From a candidate division FCPU426 bacterium (lineage in GTDB: Bacteria > Oederibacteriota > Muellerivitia > Muellerivitales > Muellerivitaceae): a stretch of 64,000 nt of DNA. The first letter of the stretch is position 1. Every line of letters begins with the position of its first letter. The notes beneath the pieces are model-generated. The model searched no databases and was not told where the DNA came from. It worked only from the letters and a program-made list of their open reading frames with translations. Made by a program: the position numbers and the translations under genes. Shown one piece after another: positions 34,117 to 46,234 of the stretch. The stretch is from NCBI GenBank assembly GCA_963847625.1, contig CAWKAR010000025.1:119926-183925 (forward strand), in the 5' to 3' direction.

Positions 34117-37100
34117 CTATGTTTGGTCAAGGCTTTTTTTATTCAAAAAGTTTTCTTCACCTTTAAATTCATTTTCCTCAATAAATTCACTCGTTTGTGG
34201 AGTTGCAGCTATTCCCGCAGGTAACTCTTCTTCCATTTCATCCACTTTTATTTTTAAAGCCCGATAAGAGGGACTGCCTGTTCCAGCTGGTATTAAATGT
34301 CCCATTATTACATTCTCTTTAAGGCCGCGTAATTCGTCAATTTTTCCCGAAACAGCAGCCTCGGTCAAAACCTTTGTTGTTTCCTGAAAACTTGCAGCAG
34401 AAATAAAACTTTCCGTTCCTAAAGATGCCTTTGTAATTCCTAATAAAAGTGGTCTTGCGGTGGATATTTTTCCAACTTTTTCCTGTACTTTATCGTTTTC
34501 TTTATTAAATCTCCCTTTTTCAACTTGTTGTTTGGGTAAAAATTCAGTGTTACCCGCTTCATGTATAAGCACCTTTCGCATCATTTGACGGACAATCACT
34601 TCTATATGTTTATCATTAATTTTTACACCTTGCAGCCGATAAACCTCTTGGACTTTACTTAAAAGATACTCTTGCACTGCAGCTTCGCCTTGCACTTCCA
34701 ATATGTCATGTGGATCAATTGGACCATCAGTCAAGGCATCCCCAGCGCGAACATAATCACTTTCATGTACATTCAAATGCTTTCCATATGGAATTGCATA
34801 CTCCTCATCAATGGTCTTTTTTCCCTCCGAATTAGTAATAACCACTCTTTGGTAACCTTTTGATGCGGTTCCAAAAGTGACCGTTCCACTAATTTTTGCG
34901 ATAACAGCATTATTTTTTGGTCTTCGTGCCTCAAAAAGTTCTGCGACGCGTGGAAGCCCTCCAGTAATGTCGCGTGTTTTCGAAATCTCCCGCGGAATTT
35001 TTGCAAGGATATCTCCAGCCATAACCTTGTCTCCATCCGCAACATTGATCAAGGACCCAGTCGGTAATCGATAGCTCTTAATGGCCTCTCCAGTTTCGGG
35101 ATTTAATATGAGGCAACGAGGAGATAGATTCTCGTCTTTATATTCCATTATTGCTCGTTCTTTTAAGCCAGTGGTAGAATCAATTTCTTCGCGAACCGTA
35201 ACACCCCGAATAACATCCTGTAATTTCAAAGTACCACTAACCTCAGAAAAAATAGGAACTTTATAAAGATCCCAGTGAGCTAATTGTTGACTTTCTCTAA
35301 CTGCATCCCCTTCACGAACCTTTAATGTCGATCCAAAAGGAACAACATAATTCTCGACGATACGTCCTTTATCATCGTATATGGATATTTCACCATTTCG
35401 ATTTAATACGATTAAATCTTTATTCCGATTTTCAACAAGTTTTAAATTATGGAAACGGATTTTACCCGTCTTATGTGATTCAATCTTGGATTGTTCTAAA
35501 GCCCTGCTGGCCGCACCACCAACGTGAAATGTTCTGAGAGTCAATTGTGTGCCAGGTTCTCCAATAGATTGTGCGGCAATAATTCCAACAGCCTCCCCCA
35601 TTTGAACAAGTTTTCCATTTGCCAAATTAATGCCATAACACTTAGCACATACCCCGCGTTCTAATTCACAAGTCAATACCGAACGCACTCGTATCTGCTC
35701 AATTCCTGCTTCTTCCAGCTTATCAGCAACACTTTCAGTAATAATGTGGCCAGATCGAATTATTACTTCAGATGTCAGAAGATTTGCAACATTATCTACT
35801 GCAATGCGACCAGTAATGCGATCCTTCAAAGGTTCTATAATTTCAATTCCCTCTTTTATAGCGCCTACTCGAACCCCGTTTAATGTTCCACAATCCTCCG
35901 CATTGATAATAACTTCTTGAGCCACGTCAACCAATCGGCGGGTTAAGTAACCAGCGTCAGCTGTTTTTAAAGCAGTATCCGCTAATCCTTTACGGGCACC
36001 GTGTGTAGAAATGAAATATTCCAAAACGGTTAGCCCTTCACGAAAATTAGCAGTTATGGGAGATTCTATTATTTCGCCAATTGAGCCGGTTATTTTTTGA
36101 AGAGGTTTTGCCATCAAACCCCTCATTCCTGCAAGTTGTCTTATTTGCATTTTAGAACCACGGGCTCCAGAATCCGCCATCATGTAGATAGGATTAAACC
36201 CATGATTGTCTCGTTTCAAGTTTTCAAACATGACTTCAGCAATTTCATCCGTTGTATGAGTCCATATATCAATAACCTTGTTATAACGTTCTCCAGCTGT
36301 AATAATTCCCTTCTTATACTGGTTTTCAATTTCCGCAACTTCCTTATACGATCTCTTCAAAATCTCAGTTTTTTCTTTGGGTATTTTCATGTCATCGATT
36401 GAAACCGTTATTCCAGCAATTGTGGCATATTTGAATCCCAAATCTTTTATGTCATCAAGAAGTTTAACAGTTTGTTCTGAACCAAGTTTTTCGTAACACA
36501 AGGCGACAAGATCACCCAACTCTTTTTTGTTCATAACTTGATTACTATAAGGTAAACTTGCGGGGATAACCTGATTTAAAAGTACACGCCCAACAGTTGT
36601 ATCAACAATTTTCCCGTTAATCCTAACTTTTATTCTGGCATGCTTGCCAACCTTTTTTTCTTCAAAAGCAATAAGAACCTCTTGGGGTGAAGAAAAAATC
36701 CTTCCCTCTCCAACATCTCCTGGTTTTTCTTTTGTTAAATAGTAGGAGCCCAAGACAATGTCTTGTGTAGGAGTAACAATAGGGCGCCCATTAGAAGTGG
36801 AGTTAATATTGTTTGTTGAAAGCATTAAGAATCTAGCTTCCATTTGTGCTTCGCTAGAAAGAGGAACATGAACTGCCATCTGATCGCCATCAAAATCCGC
36901 ATTAAAGGCAGTACAAACCAAAGGATGTATTTGGATAGCCCGCCCCTCAATCAGAACTGGTTGAAATGCCTGTATACCCTGTCGATGCAATGTGGGTGCG
37001 CGATTTAAAAGAACATGATGGTCACGTATAACCTCTGCAAGAATATCCCAAACTTCAGGCTTAACTCGCTCGACCATCTTACGGGCGCTTTTAATCGTAT

Positions 37101-38349
37101 GGACATACCCTCGATCTTCAAGTTTTTTTATTATAAAAGGCTTGAAAAGTTCCAAAGCCATTTTCTTTGGCAAACCGCACTGATGCATCTTTAATTCCGG
37201 CCCAACAACAATTACAGATCGTCCAGAATAATCAACTCGTTTACCCAAAAGATTTTGGCGAAACCGACCTTGTTTCCCTTTTAGCATATCAGATAGTGAT
37301 TTAAGTGGGCGGTTGCCGGGCCCTCGAACGGCATGACCGCGTCGACCATTATCCAGTAAAGCATCCACAGCTTCTTGCAACATTCGTTTTTCATTTCGAA
37401 CAATGACTTCAGGAGCATGCAACTCTAAAAGTTTTTTTAAACGATTGTTTCGATTAATAACACGACGGTAAAGGTCATTTAAATCCGAAGTTGCAAAACG
37501 CCCTCCATCTAGCGGGACGAGTGGGCGAAGTTCCGGAGGAATCACAGGTAAAACTTCAAGGAACATCCACTCTGGTTTATTATCACTTTTTAAGAAATTT
37601 TCTATTACCTTTAAACGTTTGATAATAGTCTTTCGCTTCTGTTCGCTGTTGGTTTGTTTCATCTGGACACGAAGTTTTTTATCCAAATCAACTAAATCCA
37701 CAGCCCGAATTAAATCTCGTATTGCCTCAGCACCCATTTTGGCTTTTAAAGAAGCTCCATATTCCATTCGTAATTTTTGGAACTCATCTTCTGAAAGTAA
37801 TTGGCCCACTTCAATAGGAGCCTTCCCAGGTTCTAAAACTACATAGGATTCGTAATAAATTATTCTTTCTAAGTTACGGGTCGACATTTCTAACAGATAT
37901 CCCATCCTTGAAGGCACACCTTTTAAATACCATATATGTGAAACCAGACAAGCTAATTCAATATGTCCCATACGTTCGCGTCTTACTTTAGCCTGAGTCA
38001 CTTCGACTCCACATCTGTCACAAATAACATCTTTATACTTGATTCTCTTATATTTCCCGCAAGTACATTCCCAGTCTTTTGTGGGGCCAAATATTTTTTC
38101 ACAAAATAAACCATTTTTTTCCGGTTTAAAAGTCCGATAGTTTATCGTTTCTGGTTTTTTCACCTCCCCATGCGACCACGAACGAATAGTTTCGGGAGAA
38201 GAGAGACCAATTTTTATGGCGTCAAAATGGGGTGTTTCTTTGAGCAAATTCTCCAAAATTGTTTTCTTATCCTTTATCAGCGAAGCTTCTGGCGATGAGA
38301 TTTTTACTTCTGCATTGCTTTCAGTGTTAGTGGATTTCAACTGGCTCAA
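34117..38349 (-). CDS. rpoC: RNA polymerase subunit beta'
   Basis: [12 protein letters not shown] catalytic motif, [15 protein letters not shown]. Confidence 0.99.
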   Translation of the reverse strand: MSQLKSTNTESNAEVKISSPEASLIKDKKTILENLLKETPHFDAIKIGLSSPETIRSWSHGEVKKPETINYRTFKPEKNGLFCEKIFGPTKDWECTCGKYKRIKYKDVICDRCGVEVTQAKVRRERMGHIELACLVSHIWYLKGVPSRMGYLLEMSTRNLERIIYYESYVVLEPGKAPIEVGQLLSEDEFQKLRMEYGASLKAKMGAEAIRDLIRAVDLVDLDKKLRVQMKQTNSEQKRKTIIKRLKVIENFLKSDNKPEWMFLEVLPVIPPELRPLVPLDGGRFATSDLNDLYRRVINRNNRLKKLLELHAPEVIVRNEKRMLQEAVDALLDNGRRGHAVRGPGNRPLKSLSDMLKGKQGRFRQNLLGKRVDYSGRSVIVVGPELKMHQCGLPKKMALELFKPFIIKKLEDRGYVHTIKSARKMVERVKPEVWDILAEVIRDHHVLLNRAPTLHRQGIQAFQPVLIEGRAIQIHPLVCTAFNADFDGDQMAVHVPLSSEAQMEARFLMLSTNNINSTSNGRPIVTPTQDIVLGSYYLTKEKPGDVGEGRIFSSPQEVLIAFEEKKVGKHARIKVRINGKIVDTTVGRVLLNQVIPASLPYSNQVMNKKELGDLVALCYEKLGSEQTVKLLDDIKDLGFKYATIAGITVSIDDMKIPKEKTEILKRSYKEVAEIENQYKKGIITAGERYNKVIDIWTHTTDEIAEVMFENLKRDNHGFNPIYMMADSGARGSKMQIRQLAGMRGLMAKPLQKITGSIGEIIESPITANFREGLTVLEYFISTHGARKGLADTALKTADAGYLTRRLVDVAQEVIINAEDCGTLNGVRVGAIKEGIEIIEPLKDRITGRIAVDNVANLLTSEVIIRSGHIITESVADKLEEAGIEQIRVRSVLTCELERGVCAKCYGINLANGKLVQMGEAVGIIAAQSIGEPGTQLTLRTFHVGGAASRALEQSKIESHKTGKIRFHNLKLVENRNKDLIVLNRNGEISIYDDKGRIVENYVVPFGSTLKVREGDAVRESQQLAHWDLYKVPIFSEVSGTLKLQDVIRGVTVREEIDSTTGLKERAIMEYKDENLSPRCLILNPETGEAIKSYRLPTGSLINVADGDKVMAGDILAKIPREISKTRDITGGLPRVAELFEARRPKNNAVIAKISGTVTFGTASKGYQRVVITNSEGKKTIDEEYAIPYGKHLNVHESDYVRAGDALTDGPIDPHDILEVQGEAAVQEYLLSKVQEVYRLQGVKINDKHIEVIVRQMMRKVLIHEAGNTEFLPKQQVEKGRFNKENDKVQEKVGKISTARPLLLGITKASLGTESFISAASFQETTKVLTEAAVSGKIDELRGLKENVIMGHLIPAGTGSPSYRALKIKVDEMEEELPAGIAATPQTSEFIEENEFKGEENFLNKKSLDQT

Positions 38350-38361
38350 AGTTAAACTCCT

Positions 38362-41300
38362 TCAATTATTAATTATTTTATTTGGATTTTTTAAGAGTTT
38401 GACATCCAGACAAAGACCTTGCAATTCTTTGACCAACACGTTGAAAGACTCTGGGATTCCCGGTTCAGGTGAATTTTTCCCTTTTACGATAGCTTCATAA
38501 ACCTTTGTTCTTCCCTGAACATCATCTGACTTTACCGTTAAAAGTTCTTGAAGGGTATAGGCCGCTCCATAAGCTTCTAAAGCCCAAACTTCCATTTCCC
38601 CAAAACGTTGACCACCAAACTGAGCTTTTCCCCCAAGGGGTTGTTGTGTTATTAGAGAATAAGGACCAATGGATCGAGCATGAATTTTATCATCGACTAA
38701 ATGCGCCAATTTGAGAATGTAAATGTAGCCCACTGTAACTTCTTGGTCAAAGGACTCACCAGTCATTCCGTCATAAAGTTTGATTTTTCCAGATTCTGGC
38801 AATTCTTGCTCCACAAGAGCCTTTTTTATTTCTTCTTCTCTTGCACCATCAAATACGGGTGAAGCCACATGATATCCACCCTCATGAGCAGCCCAGCCCA
38901 GGTGTGTTTCTAATATCTGCCCAACATTCATTCGAGAAGGAACACCAAGCGGATTAAGAATTATATCAACAGGTCGACCGTCCGGAAGATAAGGCATATC
39001 TTCTTCGGGAACAATTTTTGAAACCACCCCTTTATTACCATGGCGGCCAGCCATTTTGTCACCCACGGACAGCTTTCGTTTTTTTGCAATATAAACCTTT
39101 ACTAATTTTATGACCCCAGGTGAAAGTTCATCTCCTCTTTTAATTTTCTCAATTTCATTATTTTTATCACGTTCAATTTCCTTGAACCGATTTTCCAATA
39201 CTTCTTTTAAACGCTTTTCTTCTTCGTTCAAGCTTTCATGCAATTCCAGACTTTCCGCTTTGTTTAAATCTTTAACCTTTTCAGCCAATTGAGCCTTTAA
39301 ATTTTCAATTCGAGTTTGGTTTTCCTTTTCCAGTTGTTTATTTCTATGGATGGTTTCTCTTTCAATGGATTTCACCATCGCAGCATCACGTCCTTTTACT
39401 TTTTCATCTTTTTCTTTCCTCTTGAAAACTTTTATATCTATTACCTTCCCTTCAACACCTGGTGGAACCCTCAAAGAAGCATCCCTTACATCACCTGCTT
39501 TTTCACCAAAAATAGCACGGAGCAATTTTTCCTCCGGTGTTAACTCGGTTTCGCCTTTAGGAGTTACTTTTCCGACCAAGATATCGCCAGGAACAACCTC
39601 TGCACCGATACGAATAATTCCTTCTTCATCCAGATCTTTTAAGGCTTCATCCCCAACATTTGGAATATCTCTGGTAATTTCCTCCTTCCCTAATTTAGTG
39701 TCGCGGGCTTCCAGTTCAAATTCTTCGATATGCACGGAGGTAAAAAAATCTTCCCGTACCAGTTTTTCGGAAACAATAATAGCATCCTCAAAATTGAAAC
39801 CCCTCCATGGCATAAAAGCCACAAGAAGATTTCTCCCCAACGCTAATTCTCCTTGGTCTGTTGAAGGGCCATCAGCAATGACATCGCCTTTTTTAATCTT
39901 TTCATTTTTCTTCACAATAGGTCTTTGATTAATGCAAGTGTCTTGATTGGATCGTTTATATTTGGTTAGTTTATAAATATCCACTGAGCCTGTTTCATCG
40001 CCTTCTTCAGCAAAAATGATAATCTCATCCGATGAAACTCCCGCAACAATTCCATCGCGTTTGGCTATTACTAAAACCCCAGAGTCATAAGCCGCTTTAT
40101 ATTCCATGCCTGTTCCAACCAAAGGAGCCTCAGTGCGAATGAGGGGAACAGCTTGTCGCTGCATATTTGAACCCATAAGTGCTCGATTAGCGTCATCATG
40201 TTCCAAAAAAGGAATAAGAGAAGTTGCCACAGAGAATAATTGGCGGGGTGAAACATCCATATAATGGATTTCTTGGGAAGCAACTAAGGGAAAATCATCT
40301 TTATATCTTGCTGCAATTATATCGTTTGAAAACTTGTTATTTTCATCCAAAGGTGAGTTAGCTTGAGCAATGATATATTTATCCGCATCATCGGCAGGTA
40401 AAAACTCAATTTTTTTACTCACCTTTCCCCCCTCAACTTTTCGTAAAGGGGTAGTAACGAAGCCAAACTCATTAATTTGGGCATATGTGGATAAGGAAGC
40501 AATCAACCCAATGTTCGGACCTTCTGGTGTTTCAATCGGACATACTCTTCCATAATGTGTATGATGAACGTCTCTCACTTCAAATCCAGCACGTTCCCGG
40601 TTTAAACCACCAGGGCCCAATGCGGAAAGACGTCTTTTATGAGTCAACTCCGCCAAAGGATTAGTTTGGTCCATGAATTGTGAAAGTTGGGAAGTTCCAA
40701 AAAACTCTTTCACTGCCGCAGTTATCGGTTTGGTAGAAATCAATTGGCTTGGCATAGGATTCATGTCCATATCCACAATAGACATGCGTTCCCTAACTGC
40801 ACGCTCCATTCGAGTGAAACCTAATCGAAGCTTATTTTCTAAAAGTTCCCCGGCCGTTCGAATCCGGCGGTTGCCTAAATGATCAATATCATCCTTTTCG
40901 CCTTGGCCATTACAAAGGTTGAAAAGATAACGGATAACAGAAACCAAGTCTTCCTTCGAGATAATGCGTTGATCCAATGGTGTTTTCAAACCAAGTTTTT
41001 TGTTTAATTTATAACGGCCCACACGTGCCAAATCATAACGCTTTTTATTAAAAAACAAATTCTCCATTAGATTCCGAGAGTTTTCCAAAGTCGGGGGATC
41101 CCCAGGCCTTATTTTTTTGTAGATTTCCACTAAAGCCGATTCTGTTGAATGTGTATTATCTTTTCGAAGAGTACTAAGGATTGAAACATCATTGGGATTA
41201 GTAGAAACGGCTTTTACTTGTTTCACGCCCAACTTTTTTAAAACCCCGGTTACTTCTGGTGTAAAATCAGCGCCTGCTTCTACAATCACCTCCCCAGTTT

Positions 41301-42066
41301 CTGAACTAGTGACATCTTGAGCAGCAGTTTTTCCCAAAAGTTTTTTTTCGGAAACTTCACAATTTTCCAATTCAAAGAAAATTTTTAAAATATCTTCGTC
41401 GGTAGAGAAACCCCAAGAACGAAGTAATGTACTTGCGACAAATTTCCTTTTCCTGTCAATTCGCGCAAAAAGAACGCCATTAATATCAAATTCAAATTCA
41501 AGCCATGAACCATGGTAAGGAATTACACTTGCCATGTACATTTTCTTCCCCGCGGAAGAAAATTTGCCATCATCTTCATCAAAAGTAACACCGGGTGAAC
41601 GGTGTAATTGAGAAACGATGACTCTCTCAGCCCCATTTATCATAAATGTGCCCCGATTAGTCATCATGGGCAGATCACAAAAAAATACTTCTTGTTCGCG
41701 AATATCTTTAACTTTTTTTGTCCCGGTTTCTGGATCTTCCTCCCGAATGACCAAACGCAAAGTAACTTTCATTGGCACAGAATAGGTCATTCCCCTTTCC
41801 TGACATTCCCGGACGTTATACTTAGGCTCCAAGAGAGAATAGGAAACGAACTCAAGGGAGGAAACTTCATTGAAATCCCATATTGGGAAAACACTGCTGA
41901 AAACAGATTGAAGTCCCTGATCCTGTCTTTCGTCGGGGAGAATGTTCTTTTGCAAAAAAGCTTCATAAGATTTTCTCTGAAATTCAATCAAATCCGGCAT
42001 ATCCATGATGGTTGGTATTCGGCTAAAATCAATACGTTCACGACGACCAAATTTAACTTTTTTCAC
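38362..42066 (-). CDS. rpoB: RNA polymerase subunit beta
   Basis: [39 protein letters not shown]. Confidence 0.99.
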   Translation of the reverse strand: MKKVKFGRRERIDFSRIPTIMDMPDLIEFQRKSYEAFLQKNILPDERQDQGLQSVFSSVFPIWDFNEVSSLEFVSYSLLEPKYNVRECQERGMTYSVPMKVTLRLVIREEDPETGTKKVKDIREQEVFFCDLPMMTNRGTFMINGAERVIVSQLHRSPGVTFDEDDGKFSSAGKKMYMASVIPYHGSWLEFEFDINGVLFARIDRKRKFVASTLLRSWGFSTDEDILKIFFELENCEVSEKKLLGKTAAQDVTSSETGEVIVEAGADFTPEVTGVLKKLGVKQVKAVSTNPNDVSILSTLRKDNTHSTESALVEIYKKIRPGDPPTLENSRNLMENLFFNKKRYDLARVGRYKLNKKLGLKTPLDQRIISKEDLVSVIRYLFNLCNGQGEKDDIDHLGNRRIRTAGELLENKLRLGFTRMERAVRERMSIVDMDMNPMPSQLISTKPITAAVKEFFGTSQLSQFMDQTNPLAELTHKRRLSALGPGGLNRERAGFEVRDVHHTHYGRVCPIETPEGPNIGLIASLSTYAQINEFGFVTTPLRKVEGGKVSKKIEFLPADDADKYIIAQANSPLDENNKFSNDIIAARYKDDFPLVASQEIHYMDVSPRQLFSVATSLIPFLEHDDANRALMGSNMQRQAVPLIRTEAPLVGTGMEYKAAYDSGVLVIAKRDGIVAGVSSDEIIIFAEEGDETGSVDIYKLTKYKRSNQDTCINQRPIVKKNEKIKKGDVIADGPSTDQGELALGRNLLVAFMPWRGFNFEDAIIVSEKLVREDFFTSVHIEEFELEARDTKLGKEEITRDIPNVGDEALKDLDEEGIIRIGAEVVPGDILVGKVTPKGETELTPEEKLLRAIFGEKAGDVRDASLRVPPGVEGKVIDIKVFKRKEKDEKVKGRDAAMVKSIERETIHRNKQLEKENQTRIENLKAQLAEKVKDLNKAESLELHESLNEEEKRLKEVLENRFKEIERDKNNEIEKIKRGDELSPGVIKLVKVYIAKKRKLSVGDKMAGRHGNKGVVSKIVPEEDMPYLPDGRPVDIILNPLGVPSRMNVGQILETHLGWAAHEGGYHVASPVFDGAREEEIKKALVEQELPESGKIKLYDGMTGESFDQEVTVGYIYILKLAHLVDDKIHARSIGPYSLITQQPLGGKAQFGGQRFGEMEVWALEAYGAAYTLQELLTVKSDDVQGRTKVYEAIVKGKNSPEPGIPESFNVLVKELQGLCLDVKLLKNPNKIINN

Positions 42067-42150
42067 CGAAAATCCTCCGGATTATGGCAGGAATGAAAAA
42101 CTGTAAAAAAATAAAAAATAGGAATTTTCTTATTTAGACAAAGAAAAAGG

Positions 42151-42180
42151 ATTATACAAATGTAACTTTAAGTAAGTCAA
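42151..42180 (-). promoter_or_regulatory. Putative sigma70 promoter of rpoBC
   Basis: Minus strand TTGACT-18 nt-TATAAT. Confidence 0.65.
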
Positions 42181-42300
42181 TCAAACTTCAAGATTTTTCA
42201 AGTATTTTATTTATAGTGACGTCGGAAATGTATTTTCGGTGGTATCTCAATGTCGCCATATCTTCCTTCTCTAACAATGGAATTAAATGGTAACGAAATA

Positions 42301-43230
42301 TTATTGGGCCAAATAAAGTAAAGGATTTTGAGGCTTTCCGTTCAATCGTATTTCAAAATGCAGGTGAGGGCCTGTAACTTTTCCGCTATTACCAACTTTT
42401 CCAATTAAATATCCTTTTTTCACCTTTTCACGTAATTTCACGAGAATCTGATCCAAGTGAGCATACCAGGAAGTTAGACCATTCCCATGATTCAAAACAA
42501 TCAATCTTCCATACCCAGCTTTTATTCCTGCAAATTCGACCCACCCATCTTGCGAAGCTACTACTCTCGCTCTCCAGCCCGGAGCCAAATCCAGGCCAAA
42601 ATGAAACGCCATTTTCCCGGTTATCGGATGTCGACGCACTCCAAATCCATCCGCAAACCTTCCTGTTGTGGGTTTTAGGAAACCCTTCTGCGACTGGATA
42701 GACATCAGCATAATCCAACGAATATCGTCCCTTTTTAAATAGGAAGCCTGAGGAAGAAATAAAATTTCTCCAGGTCGGAGATCCTCATCGCCCCGAATTC
42801 GATTAGATCTTAAAATTTCCTTTAAAGGGACTTCATATGCCCGAGCGATATCCGCAATCCCTTGTCCTTGTCTGACGATATGATAAATTCCATCTTTAGA
42901 GGGAATAATTATGGCTGTGTCGGTTTTGGGTTCAATATTGAAATTAGCCTGATTCAAACTTCGGAGAGCCTGTTCAGAAACATGGTTCCGAGCGGCCAGA
43001 GCGGAAAAAGTTTCTCCTGATTTGGTGTGATAAATTGAAAACCCAACTCCATTGACTTTTAAAATCAGGGTATAGTCTTGAAGGGTATTAGAATCCACGG
43101 GCGAGGAAAACAACAGCCAATTAGAAATAGTTGTCTTATACTCTTTCCCAAGCCAAAACAACATCGAAATCCAAAGAATTAAAAGAACTGCCGCAACGGT
43201 AATATAAACTCGTCGCAGGAATGGATCCAT
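42301..43230 (-). CDS. LysM-domain M23 family peptidase
   Basis: N-terminal TM, two LysM-like repeats, H.GLDL, YAHL, TGPHLHFE. Confidence 0.9.
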   Translation of the reverse strand: MDPFLRRVYITVAAVLLILWISMLFWLGKEYKTTISNWLLFSSPVDSNTLQDYTLILKVNGVGFSIYHTKSGETFSALAARNHVSEQALRSLNQANFNIEPKTDTAIIIPSKDGIYHIVRQGQGIADIARAYEVPLKEILRSNRIRGDEDLRPGEILFLPQASYLKRDDIRWIMLMSIQSQKGFLKPTTGRFADGFGVRRHPITGKMAFHFGLDLAPGWRARVVASQDGWVEFAGIKAGYGRLIVLNHGNGLTSWYAHLDQILVKLREKVKKGYLIGKVGNSGKVTGPHLHFEIRLNGKPQNPLLYLAQ

Positions 43231-43233
43231 GGT

Positions 43234-44493
43234 TTAATCGTTAACCGTTCCCTTCATGGATTCTAAGAAGGCTTTGTTGGTTTTCGTTCGTCTCATTTTA
43301 TCCAAGAGAAATTCCATCGCTTCGGTCGGATTATTAGGATTTAGGATTTTACGCAAAATCCAAACTTTACCTAATTCCTCCTCGGTTAAAAGAAGCTCTT
43401 CCCGGCGCGTCCCTGATCGGGTAATATCAAAAGCCGGAAAAACACGTCGGTCTGCAAGTTTCCGGTCCAGAATGATTTCCATGTTTCCTGTCCCCTTAAA
43501 TTCCTCAAAAATCACCTCGTCCATTCGACTTCCAGTATCTATGAGAGCCGTGGCAATAATAGTCAAGCTGCCGCCTTCTTCCATATCACGCGCCGCACCG
43601 AAAAAACGTTTTGGCCGTTGGAGTGCGTTGGAATCCACGCCCCCGGATAAAACTTTTCCAGAGGGAGGAACGATAGTGTTATAAGCTCGTCCCAAACGAG
43701 TAATGGAATCCAAGAGAATTACCACGTCCTTTTTATGCTCCACTAACCGTTTGGCTTTCTCAATAATGATTTCGGCGATCGTAACATGGCGTTCTGGCGG
43801 TTCATCAAAGGTGGATGATACAACTTCCCCTTTAACGGAGCGCTGCATATCCGTGACCTCCTCCGGCCGCTCATCAATTAAAAGAACGATTAAATAAACC
43901 TCGGGATGGTTCTTGGTGATACTGTTGGCTATTTTCTGTAATAAAATAGTCTTTCCAGCACGTGGCGGTGATACCACCAATCCCCTCTGTCCCTTTCCTA
44001 AGGGAATGAGAAGATCCATGACCCTCATGGAAAGTTCTTCGGGAGTTGTTTCCAGCCAAATTCGTTTGTTGGGATAAATAGGGGTGAGATTATCGAATAG
44101 GACCTTATTTTTAATGGCTTCCGGAGAATCAAAGTTAATGCTGTCAACTTTTAAAAGTGCGAAATACCTTTCGCCTTCCTTGGGTGGGCGAACTTGGCCA
44201 GTAACCGTGTCGCCGGTTCTTAAATTAAACCTTCGAATCTGGGATGGGGAAACATAGATGTCATCAGGACCCGGCAAGTAATTGTAGTTGGCCGATCTTA
44301 AAAAGCCAAAGCCGTCGGGAAGAATTTCCAAAACTCCTTCAGCATTGATGACACCGTTTCGTTGGGTTTGAGTTTCCAGGATTTTAAATATCAAATCCTG
44401 TTTTTTCATAGCGCCAACATCTTCGATCTTCAGCTCTCGAGCAACATCTGTTAACTCGCCAATATTTTTCTTTTTTAAATCAGCTATATCCAT
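43234..44493 (-). CDS. rho: Transcription termination factor Rho
   Basis: [41 protein letters not shown]. Confidence 0.98.
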   Translation of the reverse strand: MDIADLKKKNIGELTDVARELKIEDVGAMKKQDLIFKILETQTQRNGVINAEGVLEILPDGFGFLRSANYNYLPGPDDIYVSPSQIRRFNLRTGDTVTGQVRPPKEGERYFALLKVDSINFDSPEAIKNKVLFDNLTPIYPNKRIWLETTPEELSMRVMDLLIPLGKGQRGLVVSPPRAGKTILLQKIANSITKNHPEVYLIVLLIDERPEEVTDMQRSVKGEVVSSTFDEPPERHVTIAEIIIEKAKRLVEHKKDVVILLDSITRLGRAYNTIVPPSGKVLSGGVDSNALQRPKRFFGAARDMEEGGSLTIIATALIDTGSRMDEVIFEEFKGTGNMEIILDRKLADRRVFPAFDITRSGTRREELLLTEEELGKVWILRKILNPNNPTEAMEFLLDKMRRTKTNKAFLESMKGTVND

Positions 44494-44735
44494 GAATACT
44501 AAATTCCTTTCCGTTTATGATCAGCCATGCGAAAAACCTTGGACGATAAAAGTGATTTTAAAATGAGATTATTTTTAATGTGAATTCATCCATGAAAATT
44601 TCGAGGATAAGAAGGCTTTAAATGCTTTGAAACCAGGAATTCTCTTTCCATATTGAACCAAAAGACTTTTTTGAATTCGAGGATCGGTTATTGGGAGTAA
44701 AAGAGATAAGGTTGGAATCTTTCACCAACGGCCAC

Positions 44736-44764
44736 ATCCTACTGAAGGCCCTAAAGGGTGTCAA
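44736..44764 (-). promoter_or_regulatory. Putative sigma70 promoter of rho, implying a ~235-nt leader
   Basis: Minus strand TTGACA-17 nt-TAGGAT. Confidence 0.6.
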
Positions 44765-44797
44765 CTTTTTTTTCCAAAGTCTTTCCACCTCCTCAGC

Positions 44798-46192
44798 CTA
44801 TATTGGATAGGCAACAATCCGATTCCGTCCACGGTTTTTGGCGGCGTATAGAGCTTTATCCGCTTTTGCGATCAGGTCCAAATACGTTTGAGAATCTTGT
44901 GGAAAAGTCGCGACCCCAATGGAAACAGTCACCATGGTAGTTTCCTTCCCAACCGCAACAGTATGGCTTTCAACTGCTTTACGAATTTTCTCAGCTAATT
45001 CCATGGCTTGTTCTTTAGTTGTTTCGGAAGCTACCAAAACCATTTCTTCTCCACCATATCTCGCCGCTAAGTGAGTGATGTCAGATTGTTCTTTGAGAAT
45101 TTTTGCGACTTCCATTAAAACGTGGTCACCCGCAACATGGCCATAATTGTCGTTATAATGTTTAAAATGGTCGATGTCGAGTATCAGAAGACTTAGCTGG
45201 GAAGAATAACGATTAGCTAAAATTAGTTCTTCTTCCAGCCTCTGTTTGAAATGACGGTAGGAATAAAGTTTAGTTAGTCCGTCTGTGATCGAAAGTTTTT
45301 GAACTCTTTCATACAACATGGATTTTTGGAGCCCTATAGAAATCTGATTGCAAAAAACTTGTAAATTCGAAAACTTTTCGGCGTCTAAAAAATTATTGTT
45401 TAAAGAACATGAGCAGAGAAACCCAATTACACGGTCCTGCACCAGGAAAGGCAAAAACAAGAAAGCTCGGACAGAATAATGTCCCAATTTAGAAAAACGG
45501 GGATCTTCGCTTAAACCGGAAAACCAAACAGGTTTTTTTTCACGGGTTAAAACAGACCCGATTTGATCTGATTCCAAATCAATTTCTAATGACCTTAAAA
45601 AAGCATCATCGCACCCAGATGTAACTTGGACTTCGAATTTCCTTCCATCGTTTGTGAGTGCAGCAATAATAAAATGGGGTAGATCGAACATCCGTTCCGT
45701 AAATTCCTTGGCCAATTCTATCATTTCTTGGACATTCAAGGTACTTCCCGCTTCCTTGATCACATCGTATAAATGTTCAATCTGACGAAGTTGTTTTTCA
45801 ATTTGGTTATTTTCCTTTTTTAAACTCTCCGCTTCACCTTTAATCAGGTTGAATTCACTTTGTTTTAACAAAAACCCAGTAGAAAAAGATGTTTCGGTTA
45901 TTTCCCTATTTTTCTTTAAGAAATTTGGTGTCATGAATAAGAATAAAACTGCAATTGTTTCCGGAACAACCCAACTTTCATTGTAATAATTGAATCCAAA
46001 TTTTCCTATTAACGCCCCACCTATAAAAAAAATGAAAAACCATAACGCAACTGTAGGGTATTTAAAACGAAAAGGTATCATGAAAAAGATGGGCAAACTG
46101 AAAAATATAGGGCCTTTGTCTGGAACATTTCCGAGAATCAGAAAGGATAGGGCAATTAGCACACCCACCAGTTTTTTTATAACATTAGACAC
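44798..46192 (-). CDS. Membrane-anchored GAF-GGDEF protein (putative diguanylate cyclase)
   Basis: N-terminal TMs, coiled coil, GAF-like region, TDGLT, DIDHFK..ND.YGH..GD, RYGGEEM. Confidence 0.9.
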   Translation of the reverse strand: MSNVIKKLVGVLIALSFLILGNVPDKGPIFFSLPIFFMIPFRFKYPTVALWFFIFFIGGALIGKFGFNYYNESWVVPETIAVLFLFMTPNFLKKNREITETSFSTGFLLKQSEFNLIKGEAESLKKENNQIEKQLRQIEHLYDVIKEAGSTLNVQEMIELAKEFTERMFDLPHFIIAALTNDGRKFEVQVTSGCDDAFLRSLEIDLESDQIGSVLTREKKPVWFSGLSEDPRFSKLGHYSVRAFLFLPFLVQDRVIGFLCSCSLNNNFLDAEKFSNLQVFCNQISIGLQKSMLYERVQKLSITDGLTKLYSYRHFKQRLEEELILANRYSSQLSLLILDIDHFKHYNDNYGHVAGDHVLMEVAKILKEQSDITHLAARYGGEEMVLVASETTKEQAMELAEKIRKAVESHTVAVGKETTMVTVSIGVATFPQDSQTYLDLIAKADKALYAAKNRGRNRIVAYPI

Positions 46193-46234
46193 TTGTGCCT
46201 CCGTTTATGGATCTCCACAAACAGCCAGTAGAAT

